Shown here in pieces: positions 28,215 to 38,879 of a stretch of 64,000 nucleotides of DNA. Position numbers and translations under genes: made by a program. The notes under the pieces were generated by a model. It saw nothing but the letters and a program-made list of their open reading frames with translations, searched no databases and was not told the DNA's origin. Numbering within the stretch: the first letter of the stretch is position 1; every line of letters starts with the position of its first letter. Source of the DNA: an uncultured delta proteobacterium (GTDB lineage: Bacteria > Desulfobacterota > BSN033 > UBA1163); NCBI GenBank assembly GCA_963708295.1, contig CAVPSJ010000004.1, positions 64,001 through 128,000 of the forward strand. Direction: 5' to 3'.

Positions 28215-29192
28215 ATGAGTGATAACGTGGAAGGACAACCCCTTGAACCCCAAAATGAACCTCAGAACGAACCTAAAACGCCAAGGGTAAAACGAAAACC
28301 CCTTATTTTTGGCGCCATCGCCATTGTTGTGGTGGCGGGAGCCATCCTTTTTTACTTCTTCTACCTCCAACATCCAAGCCGACAAATTCTTGCTCGAGTG
28401 AATGACGATAAGATCACGGTCGATCAATTTAGCAGAGAACTTGCCAAGGTAGAACCTACTTTGATAAGAGAAATGCTTCGTGAGGAACCCAATAATCTTC
28501 TCGAAAGAATGATCGTCAGGGCTCTCCTCTTGCAGGAGGCAAAGAAGCAGGGGGTTTCTGCTCCGGCCAAAACGTACAAAGATGCGGCAGCGAACCCTCT
28601 TCCTGCTGACGAATCCATCATTGCCGAGTTGATTGGAAAAAAGTTTCCTGCGCCGCCGGAGGTAACGCGCGAGGAAGTCGAGGGATTCTATAAAATGTAT
28701 AAGAGTCGGATGGAGGGAAGACCTCTCAAGGAAGTCGCTCCGGCGATTGAACAGTATATCCGGGAAGCAAAGTCACGCGAGGCATTGAGCCAGTTTTTAG
28801 AGGAGATTCGAAAAAACGCCAAGGTTGAGATCGATCAGGCACAGTTGCAAAAGGTTACGGTCAAACCCCCCGAGATGAATACGGAGGACGAGCTCAAACA
28901 GGCGCTTACGAGCGGGAAGCCTGTTCTGGTCGATTTTGGAGCAAATTCCTGCCTCCCCTGCCGTCAGCTGAGGCCTGTTCTTAAGGAAATCTCTGCGGAA
29001 TATTCCGAAAAGGCGAAAGTTCTGGTCATCGATGTTTACAAGTATCAAGACCTTGCCAGAGAGCATAAGGTTCTCATGCTCCCGACTCTGGTCTTCTTTG
29101 ATTCCAAGGGAAAAGAAACCTTCAGAAATGTCGGGTTGATGGAAAAAGAGAAGATTGTCGGAAAGTTGAAAGAGATCGGAATGGGCACGTAA
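28215..29192 (+). CDS. SurA-N-like domain plus thioredoxin fusion protein
   Basis: TM anchor, LARVNDDKIT, C-terminal VDFGANSCLPC...PTLVFFD. Confidence 0.8.
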   Translation: MSDNVEGQPLEPQNEPQNEPKTPRVKRKPLIFGAIAIVVVAGAILFYFFYLQHPSRQILARVNDDKITVDQFSRELAKVEPTLIREMLREEPNNLLERMIVRALLLQEAKKQGVSAPAKTYKDAAANPLPADESIIAELIGKKFPAPPEVTREEVEGFYKMYKSRMEGRPLKEVAPAIEQYIREAKSREALSQFLEEIRKNAKVEIDQAQLQKVTVKPPEMNTEDELKQALTSGKPVLVDFGANSCLPCRQLRPVLKEISAEYSEKAKVLVIDVYKYQDLAREHKVLMLPTLVFFDSKGKETFRNVGLMEKEKIVGKLKEIGMGT

Positions 29193-29197
29193 TCCAA

Positions 29198-29295
29198 ATG
29201 CGGAGTGAGGATTGCGGATTGAAGTAAGTTACTTGGGTTGCTTGGGTTCTTTGGGTTAACCCAATAAACTCAACAAACTCAATGAACTCAGTAAA
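29198..29295. repeat. Heptamer and inverted 9-mer tandem repeats between convergent genes
   Basis: tgcggag-tgaggat-tgcggat, then (ttgggtt)x3 facing aacccaata/aactcaaca/aactcaatg/aactcagta. Confidence 0.65.
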
Positions 29296-29356
29296 CCTCT
29301 ATTGAGGATACTGCAATCGGAAATTCCTTAAAGTGGCCGGTACACGACCGGTCCTT

Positions 29357-29572
29357 TCACACCCCTCACGAGCCGCCATAACCCACCGTCACCTTGCTTC
29401 CCTCGACGATGACGGGCACGTTCCGGACACCTTTCGAATACTTTAACATCTCGTCCAGTTTCTTCTTGTCTGATTCGACATCAAAGTATTTTGCGCCGTC
29501 GCCGTAGGCTGACCTAGCCTTTTCCGTATAAGGTCAACCTCCTTTACCGTAGATAATCACCGTGTCCTTCAT
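29357..29572 (-). CDS. UXX-star-type glutaredoxin-like selenoprotein with two Sec (71 aa)
   Basis: MKDTVIIYGKGGUPYTEKAR...VPVIVEGSKVTVGYGGSUGV*; TGA at 29536-29534 and 29368-29366, each followed by a SECIS-like hairpin; absent from the ORF track. Confidence 0.88.
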
Positions 29573-29719
29573 CGCCTCTCCTTTCCCATTTTGGATTTCC
29601 TACCCAACTAATATCCAATTCAAAATCTTTAGTCAAGCCTGAAAGTCCCTCTCCTTGACGCCGTTAAAAAAGCAATTTAAAGTAAAAATTGTAAACCTTA
29701 TAAATACAGGAGGTAGGAA

Positions 29720-30031
29720 ATGGGATTCTGGGATCTTAAAACATTAAAACTGGATGAATTTCGGCCCGGCATCTGGAGTAAATTGGAATCAGGAACAAAC
29801 TTGACGATGGCTTTTATGGAAATCGCTCCGAATAAAGAAGGATCTGCCCATGACCATCCTTTCGATCAGTGCGGGGTCGTGATCGAAGGAGAGATCGAGA
29901 TGTCCATTGAAGAGGAGAAGAAACTAATGAGGCCGATGGAGACCTACTTCATCCCAGCAGGCGCAAAGCATAGTTGGAAAACGATGAACTCATCAGCCAG
30001 GATTTTAGATATCGCGGTAAAGCAGGGCTAG
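29720..30031 (+). CDS. Cupin domain protein
   Basis: HDHPFDQ...IEGE...IPAGAKH; upstream TTGACG-17-TAAAGT promoter. Confidence 0.88.
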   Translation: MGFWDLKTLKLDEFRPGIWSKLESGTNLTMAFMEIAPNKEGSAHDHPFDQCGVVIEGEIEMSIEEEKKLMRPMETYFIPAGAKHSWKTMNSSARILDIAVKQG

Positions 30032-30222
30032 GAAATGTGAAACGCCGGGCGGACTATCTTAATGGCATGCCTTGCGCTGCCGCACCCTGCACGGTGCGCG
30101 GCAGCTTGACAATTCTTCTCTACTGAACTTATGCTTTATAAAACGCTTCTTTGGGATGGAAGAAGGGTGAAATTTCCGAGAAGCAGGATGGTTGTTTCCG
30201 CGATGAGGTTTGAAAGAGAGTT

Positions 30223-31362
30223 GTGAAGGAAGCTCAGAGGATTTACCTCGATTTCAATGCCAGTACCCCGATTGCTCCCGAAGTGGCTGAAGCGATGAGG
30301 CCATTTCTCTCGGAGCACTTTGGAAATCCCTCCAGCCAGCACTGGGCAGGGATTCCGGCTAAAGAGGCCGTTGAGCATGCACGGCAACAGGTGGCCGAGC
30401 TTCTCCAATGCTCTCCGGATGAGATTGTCTTTACCAGCGGCGGAAGCGAGTCCAACAACCACGCCATCAAAGGGGTGTTCTTCACACTGAGAGAAAAGGG
30501 GAACCATATCGTCACCACGCAAATCGAGCATCCCGCTGTAATCAACCCCTGTCGATTTCTTGAGAAACTTGGGGCAGAAGTAACGTTTGTTCCTGTGGAC
30601 CGACATGGGAGAGTGGATCCTCAAGACATTCAAAAAGCCATCACTCCGAGAACGATTCTGATTACGGTGATGCACGCCAATAATGAAGTGGGAACCATTC
30701 AGCCGATTGAAGAGATCTCGAAGATCGCAAGGGAACGCGGCATCGTCTTTCACACGGATGCAGCTCAATCCGTCGGGAAGATTGCTACAAAGGTTGATGA
30801 TTTAAGGGTCGATCTATTGTCCATAGCCGGTCACAAGGTCTACGCACCCAAGGGAATAGGGGCGTTATATATTCGCAAGGGGACACCGATTGAACCGCTC
30901 ATCCACGGCGCGGGCCACGAATCAGGCAGGAGGGCTGGAACCGAGAACGTTCTTCTCATTGTAGGACTCGGGAAAGCGTGCGAGATCGCAAAGAGATATT
31001 TAAATGACGATAGGATTCTCGATCTGAGAGACCGCTTCTGGAAACTTCTTCAAGATCATTTTGGAGAGAAAGTGGTTCTCAATGGTCATCCTGTTCTTCG
31101 CCTCCCGAATACTCTTAACGTCAGCTTTGTTGGAAAAGCAGGAGGAGAAATCTTATCCCGATTAGACGGAGTGGCAGCCTCAACAGGAGCTGCCTGCCAT
31201 TCCGGTTCGGTGGAACTCTCTCCGGTTCTGAAGGCAATGGGAATTTCTCCTGAGGTGGGTATGGGTGCTATCCGATTCAGCCTGGGCCGGACAACAACAG
31301 TTCAAGAACTGGAAAGGGTAGTCGATCTTCTTAAGAATTCCCCTCTTCTTTTAACCCAATAA
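30223..31362 (+). CDS. Cysteine desulfurase (IscS/NifS group I) family
   Basis: YLDFNASTP, FTSGGSESNN, HTDAAQ, AGHKVYAPKG, STGAACHS. Confidence 0.93.
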   Translation: MKEAQRIYLDFNASTPIAPEVAEAMRPFLSEHFGNPSSQHWAGIPAKEAVEHARQQVAELLQCSPDEIVFTSGGSESNNHAIKGVFFTLREKGNHIVTTQIEHPAVINPCRFLEKLGAEVTFVPVDRHGRVDPQDIQKAITPRTILITVMHANNEVGTIQPIEEISKIARERGIVFHTDAAQSVGKIATKVDDLRVDLLSIAGHKVYAPKGIGALYIRKGTPIEPLIHGAGHESGRRAGTENVLLIVGLGKACEIAKRYLNDDRILDLRDRFWKLLQDHFGEKVVLNGHPVLRLPNTLNVSFVGKAGGEILSRLDGVAASTGAACHSGSVELSPVLKAMGISPEVGMGAIRFSLGRTTTVQELERVVDLLKNSPLLLTQ

Positions 31363-31374
31363 ATTTTCCGCTCT

Positions 31375-32530
31375 TCACACCTTGATCCAGCGGCGTTGGA
31401 GGCCGTAATAAAGAATCAATCCTGCCAGATAAGCCACACCCATGTTCCACATGGCAGTGCCGGCGGTGACGAGGAGAACGAAAAGATTCTGTTTTTTAAG
31501 TTTGACATCCTTAACGACCAGCGCCAGTTCCACTCCTGCGAAAAAGAGGATCACGCCCAGAATCGAGCCGTGGAAAGACCTGAAAAATGAGTGATACTGA
31601 ATCGCTCAAAAAGAGCCCTGTGAAGAGTACGATCACACCAAGAATCACCAGTGCCCCTCCTGTCCTGGCGCCAAACCGGATGTGACCCGCCATGCCTCCT
31701 GCTCCATGACACATGGGAATGCCTCCTATGAAAGTACTGATGAGGTTCATGACACCGTGATCGATGGCAGATTGTTTTGGCCGTTACCTTTCGATCGGGA
31801 AAATATTGATTATTTTCGGCAACCGTCCCGATGATGGCATTCCCGAGTGTGAGAGGAGCTTGAGGAAGTCCTAAAATGACAAAGCCAGAGAGGAGTTCTT
31901 GCCATGACATTCGTCCAAACGTCAATTCAGGAAATCGAAATCGAACCGAGAGATTGGAAAGCTCTCCGAATCAATTCCGGTTTTTGAATAAAAGCCATTA
32001 CGATTCCATATGCCAGAAGGCACAACATGGCCGGAAAACGCTTGCTATTGAGAAGGAGGAGGGTAATGATCACTCCTCCGACTGGCAATCACAGGGCCTT
32101 CTCTCATCATGCTCAATCCCTCTACGACAAAGCTCAACCCCAAGCCCGAGCATGATGCCTCGAACGACAGGTTTCGTCGTGATCTTCTCAATCCAGGTGA
32201 TGGCTCCGGTCAATCCCATCAGAAGCCAGAAAAGGCCGGTAAAGATTCCCGACCCCCAGATCATTCCATGGGTGATCGCCCGGCATGAGCGATGGCCATC
32301 CCTCCAATTGCTTTCATGGGTTGAATAGGAACGGGGGTCCTGAAATAAAGTCCCACAAAAATTTTGAAGACGCCGAAGGCAACAAGAATACCCAAAGGGT
32401 CCATCTTATTGAGCGTGATATATCCCACGACAAAAGGGATCAGCGTGCCCAGGTCGCCAAAGGCCCCGGCAAACTCCATCTTGTTGTAGTCATTCCCCCA
32501 CAATCGCATGGATGATTTACTCTCCTCCAC
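31375..32530 (-). CDS. Molybdate/sulfate transporter (MOT family), frameshifted
   Basis: GAFGDLGTLIP, PIQPMKAI, PQAPLTLGNA, PMCHGAGGMAGH motifs across frames. Confidence 0.85.
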
Positions 32531-32575
32531 GAAAAATGTTAGAAGAGATTTGTCATTTAAAGGGTATTTTCATGG

Positions 32576-32958
32576 CTATTCGAGAATCTCCTTCTTTCTG
32601 ACCGATTTCATGCTCCGCATGCACTCCACAGCATAATCGCAGGCTTCAAAGGCTTCCTTCCGATGAGGTGCAGGCGACTGCTGCGATGAGGATCAAGTCG
32701 CCCAGGTCAAGTCTGCCCACTCCTGCGGTACAGGGCAATGTCCTGTATTTCCCACTTGGTCAGGATTTCGTTGGCTATATTCGATAATTCTCTCTCTGAT
32801 GCATTTATGTCCGCTTCATATTCGATTGAAACAACCTTCCGACCGTTCGAATCAGGACGGACAATGCCAAGATGCGTCACGATTGATCCGGAGGAGTCAG
32901 TTTTTAAACTGTCGAGCAAAAGCTGAGGAGAAACCAATGCTTCAGTAACTTTTACCAT
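32576..32958 (-). CDS. moaE: Molybdopterin synthase catalytic subunit MoaE-like, frameshifted
   Basis: GSIVTHLGIVR, IEYEA, then APHRKEAFEAC...KKE. Confidence 0.8.
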
Positions 32959-32980
32959 GCCAAACTCCTTACGTAATTTT

Positions 32981-33322
32981 TTACTTGGTTAGGAGTCTCT
33001 CGAATTTCTGCTTAAATCTTTTTTCTACGATTCCTTGAAGGTCCTTTATAAGAGAATCCACTTTCCCGATGAATTCCTTCCCTTTCGGTGTCAATTGCGC
33101 TCCACCATCTTTCCCGCCAAGTCTTGTATCTAATATCTTGAACCCCGCCCTTTGTTCGATCTTTCTGATCGCTCCCCAGGCATGCCGGTAAGACATCCCA
33201 AATTCCTCGGCTGCCCGCTGGATGGAACCTAACCGATCAACAGCCAGAAATAGTGCAGTTTTGCCTCCCCCAAGCACCACTTCCCCCTTGTTCTCGATCC
33301 AGAATTTCGCTTTGATCTCCAT
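32981..33322 (-). CDS. ModE N-terminal-like winged-helix regulator
   Basis: LGGGKTALF...GSIQRAAEEFGMSYRHAW...GGAQLT. Confidence 0.88.
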   Translation of the reverse strand: MEIKAKFWIENKGEVVLGGGKTALFLAVDRLGSIQRAAEEFGMSYRHAWGAIRKIEQRAGFKILDTRLGGKDGGAQLTPKGKEFIGKVDSLIKDLQGIVEKRFKQKFERLLTK

Positions 33323-33349
33323 AAAACCTCCTTGGAAAAATTTCACTTA

Positions 33350-33390
33350 TAATATGCTAACTACAATATGCTAAAAAAGCATATTGTCAA
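33350..33390 (-). promoter_or_regulatory. Promoter with ModE-like operator
   Basis: Perfect inverted repeat ACAATATGCT-N5-AGCATATTGT (33363-33387) overlapping minus-strand TTGACA; extra half-site AATATGCTAA at 33351. Confidence 0.7.
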
Positions 33391-33463
33391 GATAAACTCG
33401 CTTTTCTGAAAGGGTCTTATACATTGAAGGATACCACATGGGTCTCGGTAATGTTGAAAGGAA

Positions 33464-34648
33464 TTAAAAGAGGAAACCATAAATAAGGATGGAAAGCAAT
33501 CCACCTGCCAGAAGGATGTAAGGAAGGCTGATCTTTTTATAAATGGCAAAGAAAGCCGCTGCAGCCATGAGAATCCTTGGAATATCTACAAGGGAGGTCC
33601 TTCCAAAATTATAAAGGACCAGGGCCAACATTCCGATAAATGACCCAAGGACACCCTGCTCCATCATCCGGACCTTTTCGACTCCCCGCAATCGATCGTG
33701 ATAAGGAATCAGAAGGACCAGGATGAAGAAAGAAGGGAAAAAGACTCCAAGCGTGGCCATGAATGCACCCAACAGATTGGCTACCTTGTAACCCACGAAA
33801 GTGGCTGTAATCAGAATGGGACCGGGAGTCACCTGACCCAGTGCAATCCCGTCCAAAAATTCTTTTGTGCTGAGCCACTGAAATCGGTCTACCATCTCAT
33901 ACTGGATCAAGAGGGATGGCGGTGAACCCGCCGCCGAAGGCCAGAGCTCCGATCTTGGAAAGATTGAGGGAGAGGCTCGTAATCCTGGGATCCACGAGAT
34001 AAGAGAGCACCAATGCCAGGCAAATAAAGGCCGCCAGGAAGAGCAACAATAAGATATTCCTTTTCTTCACCTCGTGAGGAACGCCTCCGGAGCGCTTCCA
34101 GCGGCCGCAGCTTTGGCTTGGAGGTATCTTAGGACGTAAAAGAAGACCGGCAAGCGGCAGCGAAGACAAAAATCAGAACAAAGTTCCACTGGAAAAAGAA
34201 GGCGAAGAAGGATAAAACTGCGATGAGAATCACCTTCCAGTCTTTGAGAATGGATCTGCCGAAGGTGATGCAGGCATTGAGGATGATGGCCACCACAATT
34301 GCCCCCAATCCCTTAAAAAGAGCCTGGATAAACCAGAGGCTATGAAATCTGAAATAGATGGCCGAAAGAATCAAGGAGGGCGATAAATGCCGGGAGAACA
34401 AAAGCCACTGCCGCTGTAAGGGCTCCCCAGATTCCCCTGACCCGATACCCGATGTAAGTAACGATCTGGACCATGGTAGCCCCCGGGATCAACTGGCAGA
34501 GGGCCACCCCTCGCATGAACTCTCCCTCTTTCACCCAGCCATATCGATTTACAGCCGTCTCCTTGATCTGACCGATCATCGCCGGGCCGCCATAGGCCGT
34601 GGCCCCAAGTTTGAAAACTCTTGTGAATAGAAGGCTGAGTGGAATCAT
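33464..34648 (-). CDS. chrA: Chromate efflux transporter (two-domain), frameshifted
   Basis: GATAYGGPA, QLIPGA, AFGGG, GQVTPGP motifs. Confidence 0.88.
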
Positions 34649-34679
34649 ATGCAGTCTCCCTAAGAGAAAGGTCTACCCT

Positions 34680-35943
34680 CTAAAACATCGGCGTTGGAAC
34701 AGTGCCCCATCCGCTTCCTGCAGGGGTATCTTGCACTTGAAGAATCTCTCCAGTGTGAAGGTGAACATCAACGAAGAAAAGTGGCTTCCGTATGATGTTG
34801 ATGTCGAAATCATCAAAGGCGATTTAAGCTCTTCACTTATCGGCAGATACTTCGATGAAAATGATCCTTCGCTTCATCGCCGGACTATCGTGCATGCTTG
34901 GATTGTGAGCCTGCATTCCAGCATGGTGAGCATGTCCTTCTGTCAAATGGGCAAAGGGATGAAAAATATACTCTGTAATCATGCCAATGGTTTTGTGCTG
35001 TTCGAACAGTTTCCATTCCCCGCCTGTATCAGCAATCATTCCCTGCATCACATAATCAATCGGAATGAAATAGGCAAGAAGACGATGACCTTTGCTATTT
35101 TCGATGGATTGCAGCTTTGAGGCAATGGCAGGATCCTGAAGCACAGAGGGAAGAAGTTGTTTTGCCGCTGATCAGGTCTTCTTTTGTTATAGTGATCACA
35201 TCAACACGGTTCGACTTGCTCCAATGGAAGATGATGGACGGTATAGGCTCGTAAAATGAATCCGCTTCCGACAATGACTACAAGAAGCACCAGAAAGATG
35301 AGAATGGCTTTCCCGAAGCCGAGACGTTGTTGTGACTGGCTTTGAGCTTCCTACCAATACTTTCTCAATGAAACGGGGAAGGAACATTCCCGTTCGATTC
35401 ATGTAAGCAATGTAACTTTCCCCGAAACGATTGGTCATTCGGCGTTCCTCATCTTTGGCGAGAAGGTAATACAAAAAGAGCATGACTGCAAAGAGCGTGA
35501 GCGTCAGAAATCTGGGCCACATGATCGCCAGTCCCAGAGCTGCCAGCCCAAGGCCAAGATATTGAGGATGGCGAATAAAGGTATAAAATCCTTTTGTCGC
35601 AACACCCTTTTTCAACAACTTGCCCAATATAAACCTGTGCAGCACAGACGAGAAATATTAACGTTCCTGACGACAAAAAACACTGACCCCAAAATACGAA
35701 CGATTGCCAATGCCTCATTGGGCGGAACGACCATGTGAGGAAGAAAGAAGGCTGTCAGCCAGCGAGTCATCGACGATTGATTTAGGGCGAGCAAAAATGG
35801 GTTGAATGCCGCATAGAAAAAGAAGGCAAACGGGCTGATCATAATGGCAATTTCAAAGGCCGACAATGAATGATAGAAAAATAGCGCTTCTTGCCGCAAA
35901 CCTCTTACCTCATACCACGACTCGGCATTTTCTCCTGGTCCAT
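34680..35943 (-). CDS. Isoprenylcysteine/PEMT-like methyltransferase membrane protein with C-terminal extension, frameshifted
   Basis: GFYTFIRHPQYLG...EERRM...FGESY...RTGMFLP. Confidence 0.7.
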
Positions 35944-36012
35944 TTAAGAAAAAACTCCTTTATACTCTTCTTGTGAGAGCGTAAACCAGAGCCAACTTCC
36001 ATGGAGTTGTGT

Positions 36013-37008
36013 TCAGCGCTCAACGATAACGTGGATCGTGTAACGCGGGCCACCCTGAAGCTGTGCATCGATCTCGGCGAGCCCGGACACTGAGCCCCCT
36101 GTGACGTAAAAACGCACAATCCCCAAGCGGGCAAAGCCCGGACCGAACGGCTCCGGCTTGAGCGCCACAGGGACACCACGCCGCGTAACCATTCCGATTG
36201 GCACCCCATCGCTGAGGATCTCCAGGTTCCCCTCGGCGGTCGGACGGAGCGCCATGAAGGAGCGCGCCTTATCGGGTAGCGTAACCAATAGATCGACCGG
36301 CATGGACGCCATCTGGCCTGTCTTCACATGTTGCCAATCCTCATTGCGGCTTTCGTGGAGCTGATTGTAGGCAGCCACGTTCGGCACCGGCTTGGCGGTG
36401 ATATGAGCAATGGCCTGAGTGGTTCCAGACAATCGCCCAGCATCTGAGAGCTGAATCGAGATCGGATAATCGCCTGCCTGAATGGGATTGAGAGGCCCCC
36501 AACGAAGGTGGATCGCCTTTAAGCCGGGACGTTCAGGCGGACCGGCAGGTAAGGCCCCTGTGAGCTTGAGGACAATAGTGCGTGGATCCTGGGGGTCCAA
36601 CCCTATAGTAAAGGGCACGGATATAGGCCCTTGCGACCAGCCGTAGAGGAGAACGGCCTGCGGACGGCTATTTGGCTGCGGCGTAAAGGCTTGTGGAAAC
36701 GTGAAGCGGAAGGTAGCCCCTACGGGCAGGGCCAAGCCCTGTATGCTCGGGTCAGAGGATATATTGAAGACAACCCAGGACTCAAACGGATACCCGGCTG
36801 CAAGCCCATCGCTTGTCATCGGTTGGTACTCGATTGTCGCCCCAGGTGGGTTTGCTCCAACGATCGTCGTAAAGAATGCAATGACCAGTGCCGTTGAAGT
36901 GATTAGGCTAAGGGCGCTAAGCCATACTGTAGAACTCCGATCTCGCCACTTCTCTCGAATCCAGAGGAATCTATATTGAAGTTTTTGTTGCATGAGCCAC
37001 CTCCTCAA
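36013..37008 (-). CDS. Hypothetical exported/membrane-anchored protein
   Basis: Long open frame with an N-terminal hydrophobic segment; no motif recognised. Confidence 0.6.
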   Translation of the reverse strand: MRRWLMQQKLQYRFLWIREKWRDRSSTVWLSALSLITSTALVIAFFTTIVGANPPGATIEYQPMTSDGLAAGYPFESWVVFNISSDPSIQGLALPVGATFRFTFPQAFTPQPNSRPQAVLLYGWSQGPISVPFTIGLDPQDPRTIVLKLTGALPAGPPERPGLKAIHLRWGPLNPIQAGDYPISIQLSDAGRLSGTTQAIAHITAKPVPNVAAYNQLHESRNEDWQHVKTGQMASMPVDLLVTLPDKARSFMALRPTAEGNLEILSDGVPIGMVTRRGVPVALKPEPFGPGFARLGIVRFYVTGGSVSGLAEIDAQLQGGPRYTIHVIVER

Positions 37009-37108
37009 AAATTGTACCTTCTTTCCTTTGCCACACAGGATATGGAAGGCTCTATGTATAATTTAAACATTCGAAGACAAAAAGGCCACCCAATGGGATT
37101 GACGCAGC

Positions 37109-38459
37109 CTATAGTTGCCTTAGTATCTCGGCAGGCTTCATTCTGCTTGTCCGTTTCCCCATGACATAACTCGCCATGCCACCGGCAACAAGGGAGAGTG
37201 CCAGAGAAATTGCTGTTAGCCCGGCGGAGATGCTAACTGGAAGCCGGACGGTTTGGGCAGCGGCTGCCGTATCTTTGGCGAAAGCAGGCAAAAGATTCAG
37301 CTCCCAGGAGGTTGATACGGGAATGGAGAGGAAACCCAGAAGATAAGAGAAGAAGTATCCCATCAGGATTCCCAAGACACCTCCGAGAAGAGATTGTAAA
37401 AAGACTTCGCCCATTAACTGTTTTTGAACATCTCTTTCGGTCCAGCCGACCGCCTTCAGAATGCCGATCTCTCGGGATCGCTCAACAAGATTGGAAAGCA
37501 TGGCCTTGACGATCAGAAAAACAGCGCCTCCAAGGGCGATGATGGAAACGATAAAAGAGAACTGGTCAGAAATCTTCGAGACCCCTCCCATCAGTTCAAG
37601 AGATGAATCGGAACTCGCGACAGAAACCCCATTGAGCTGCCTGGCAATGCTTGTCTTTACCTGGCTGAGAAGAGATGGGTTCTTCAGGCGAAGATAGACA
37701 ATATTTACCCCGTTAGAAATAATGCCCGCTGCTCTACGGTCCCGCCTATGGCGGGATTAGATTTTGGAATAATTCGGGCGGGATTGAGTGCCCCGTCTGG
37801 AATTTCTAACGGGGTGAACACCGCCCGATTCTCCGCCAAGCAAGCTCTGGGCATCTTGAAGGGGCAGGTATATATTCGCTGAGGCGATCTGGGATCCTTC
37901 TTTGATCTCCAGGAGTCCCACGACGCTGAAGGGACGGCCATTGATCTCCACTGTGTCTCCCATTTTTTTGTGCTGGAATTTTGCATAATGTTTTTCGAGA
38001 ACGACTTCCCCTTCTTTTTGGGGAAAACGCCCTTCTTTGAGCCACTCCTTGACCTTGACCGGCCCCAGACTCGGTTGCGTAAGATCGACTCCCATGATCG
38101 TCCTGAAACCGCCTTTATCAAACTCCCAGAGGAGGAGCGAAGAAGCCATCGAATCGACACCTTCAATCGTTTTGAGTTTTTCGAGATCCTCGGAGGGAAG
38201 AAGCTGATTCGAAAAAGGCAGGCGTATCCCGCGCATGGATGCGGGCGGCTGGCCTGAATCAACAGCCCGCTTTTCCGGTCGCTGCACAACGACGTCTGCC
38301 CCAAGGTTCTTGAAAGGCAGGCTCACCGCTTTCTGATAAGCCGTTGAAACGGCATTGATGGAAACAAAAAGGGCAATTCCGATCCCGATGCCCAGGATAT
38401 TGACCAGGGTACGGTTATGGTGATGGCGAAGTTCTTTCAACACGTAGTTGATAGTTCAT
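37109..38459 (-). CDS. ABC transporter permease (FtsX/MacB family) interrupted by a MITE
   Basis: RTLVNILGIGIG, GADVVVQ, ERSREIGILKAVGW; split at 37708-37819. Confidence 0.85.
37708..37814. mobile_element. MITE-like element, copy 3, inside the permease gene
   Basis: ACCCCGTTAGAAAT...ATTTCTAACGGGGT terminal inverted repeats. Confidence 0.85.
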
Positions 38460-38492
38460 GATGTCCTCACTTTCTTACTTCTGTTATTTGAT

Positions 38493-38879
38493 CTAGAGAG
38501 CGCTTCGGAGATCTTCCATGGTCCATTTCCCCTGGAAAGCGGCAGGGCCTGAACCTGTGGGAAAGCCGACAAATTTTATTTCTTTGCCATTTACTGGAAT
38601 GGCGAACTTGCCGTCCAGCCAGATGACCAGGGGGACATGCTGGGTTACCCCTTTTTTGGCCATGAACTGTTCGCCTTCTTTGGTCTCGAAGTCATACCAG
38701 GAAACGGCGACTTTGCTCCCGTACTGTGAGAAAACCTTTTTGATCTGCTCCAGCGAATCCAGAAGCGGACCGTGGTTCATGTAAAGGACTTCAACCTTGA
38801 CCTCTTTCGCAGCAAAAACTGTAAATGGAACAGAAAATAGAGCCAGGATTACCAAACAGGATAAAATTATCTTTTTCAT
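38493..38879 (-). CDS. Exported hypothetical protein (possible thioredoxin-like fold)
   Basis: Signal peptide; VEVLYMNHGP...HVPLVIWLDG. Confidence 0.65.
   Translation of the reverse strand: MKKIILSCLVILALFSVPFTVFAAKEVKVEVLYMNHGPLLDSLEQIKKVFSQYGSKVAVSWYDFETKEGEQFMAKKGVTQHVPLVIWLDGKFAIPVNGKEIKFVGFPTGSGPAAFQGKWTMEDLRSAL

Noticed and set aside
29230-29295. CRISPR array
   Set aside because: Short 7-9 bp tandem units with no spacers, and no cas genes in the window
30035-30115. Integron attC site
   Set aside because: A hairpin is present (GCTGCCGCAC...GCGCGGCAGC) but no RYYYAAC/GTTRRRY core pair was identified
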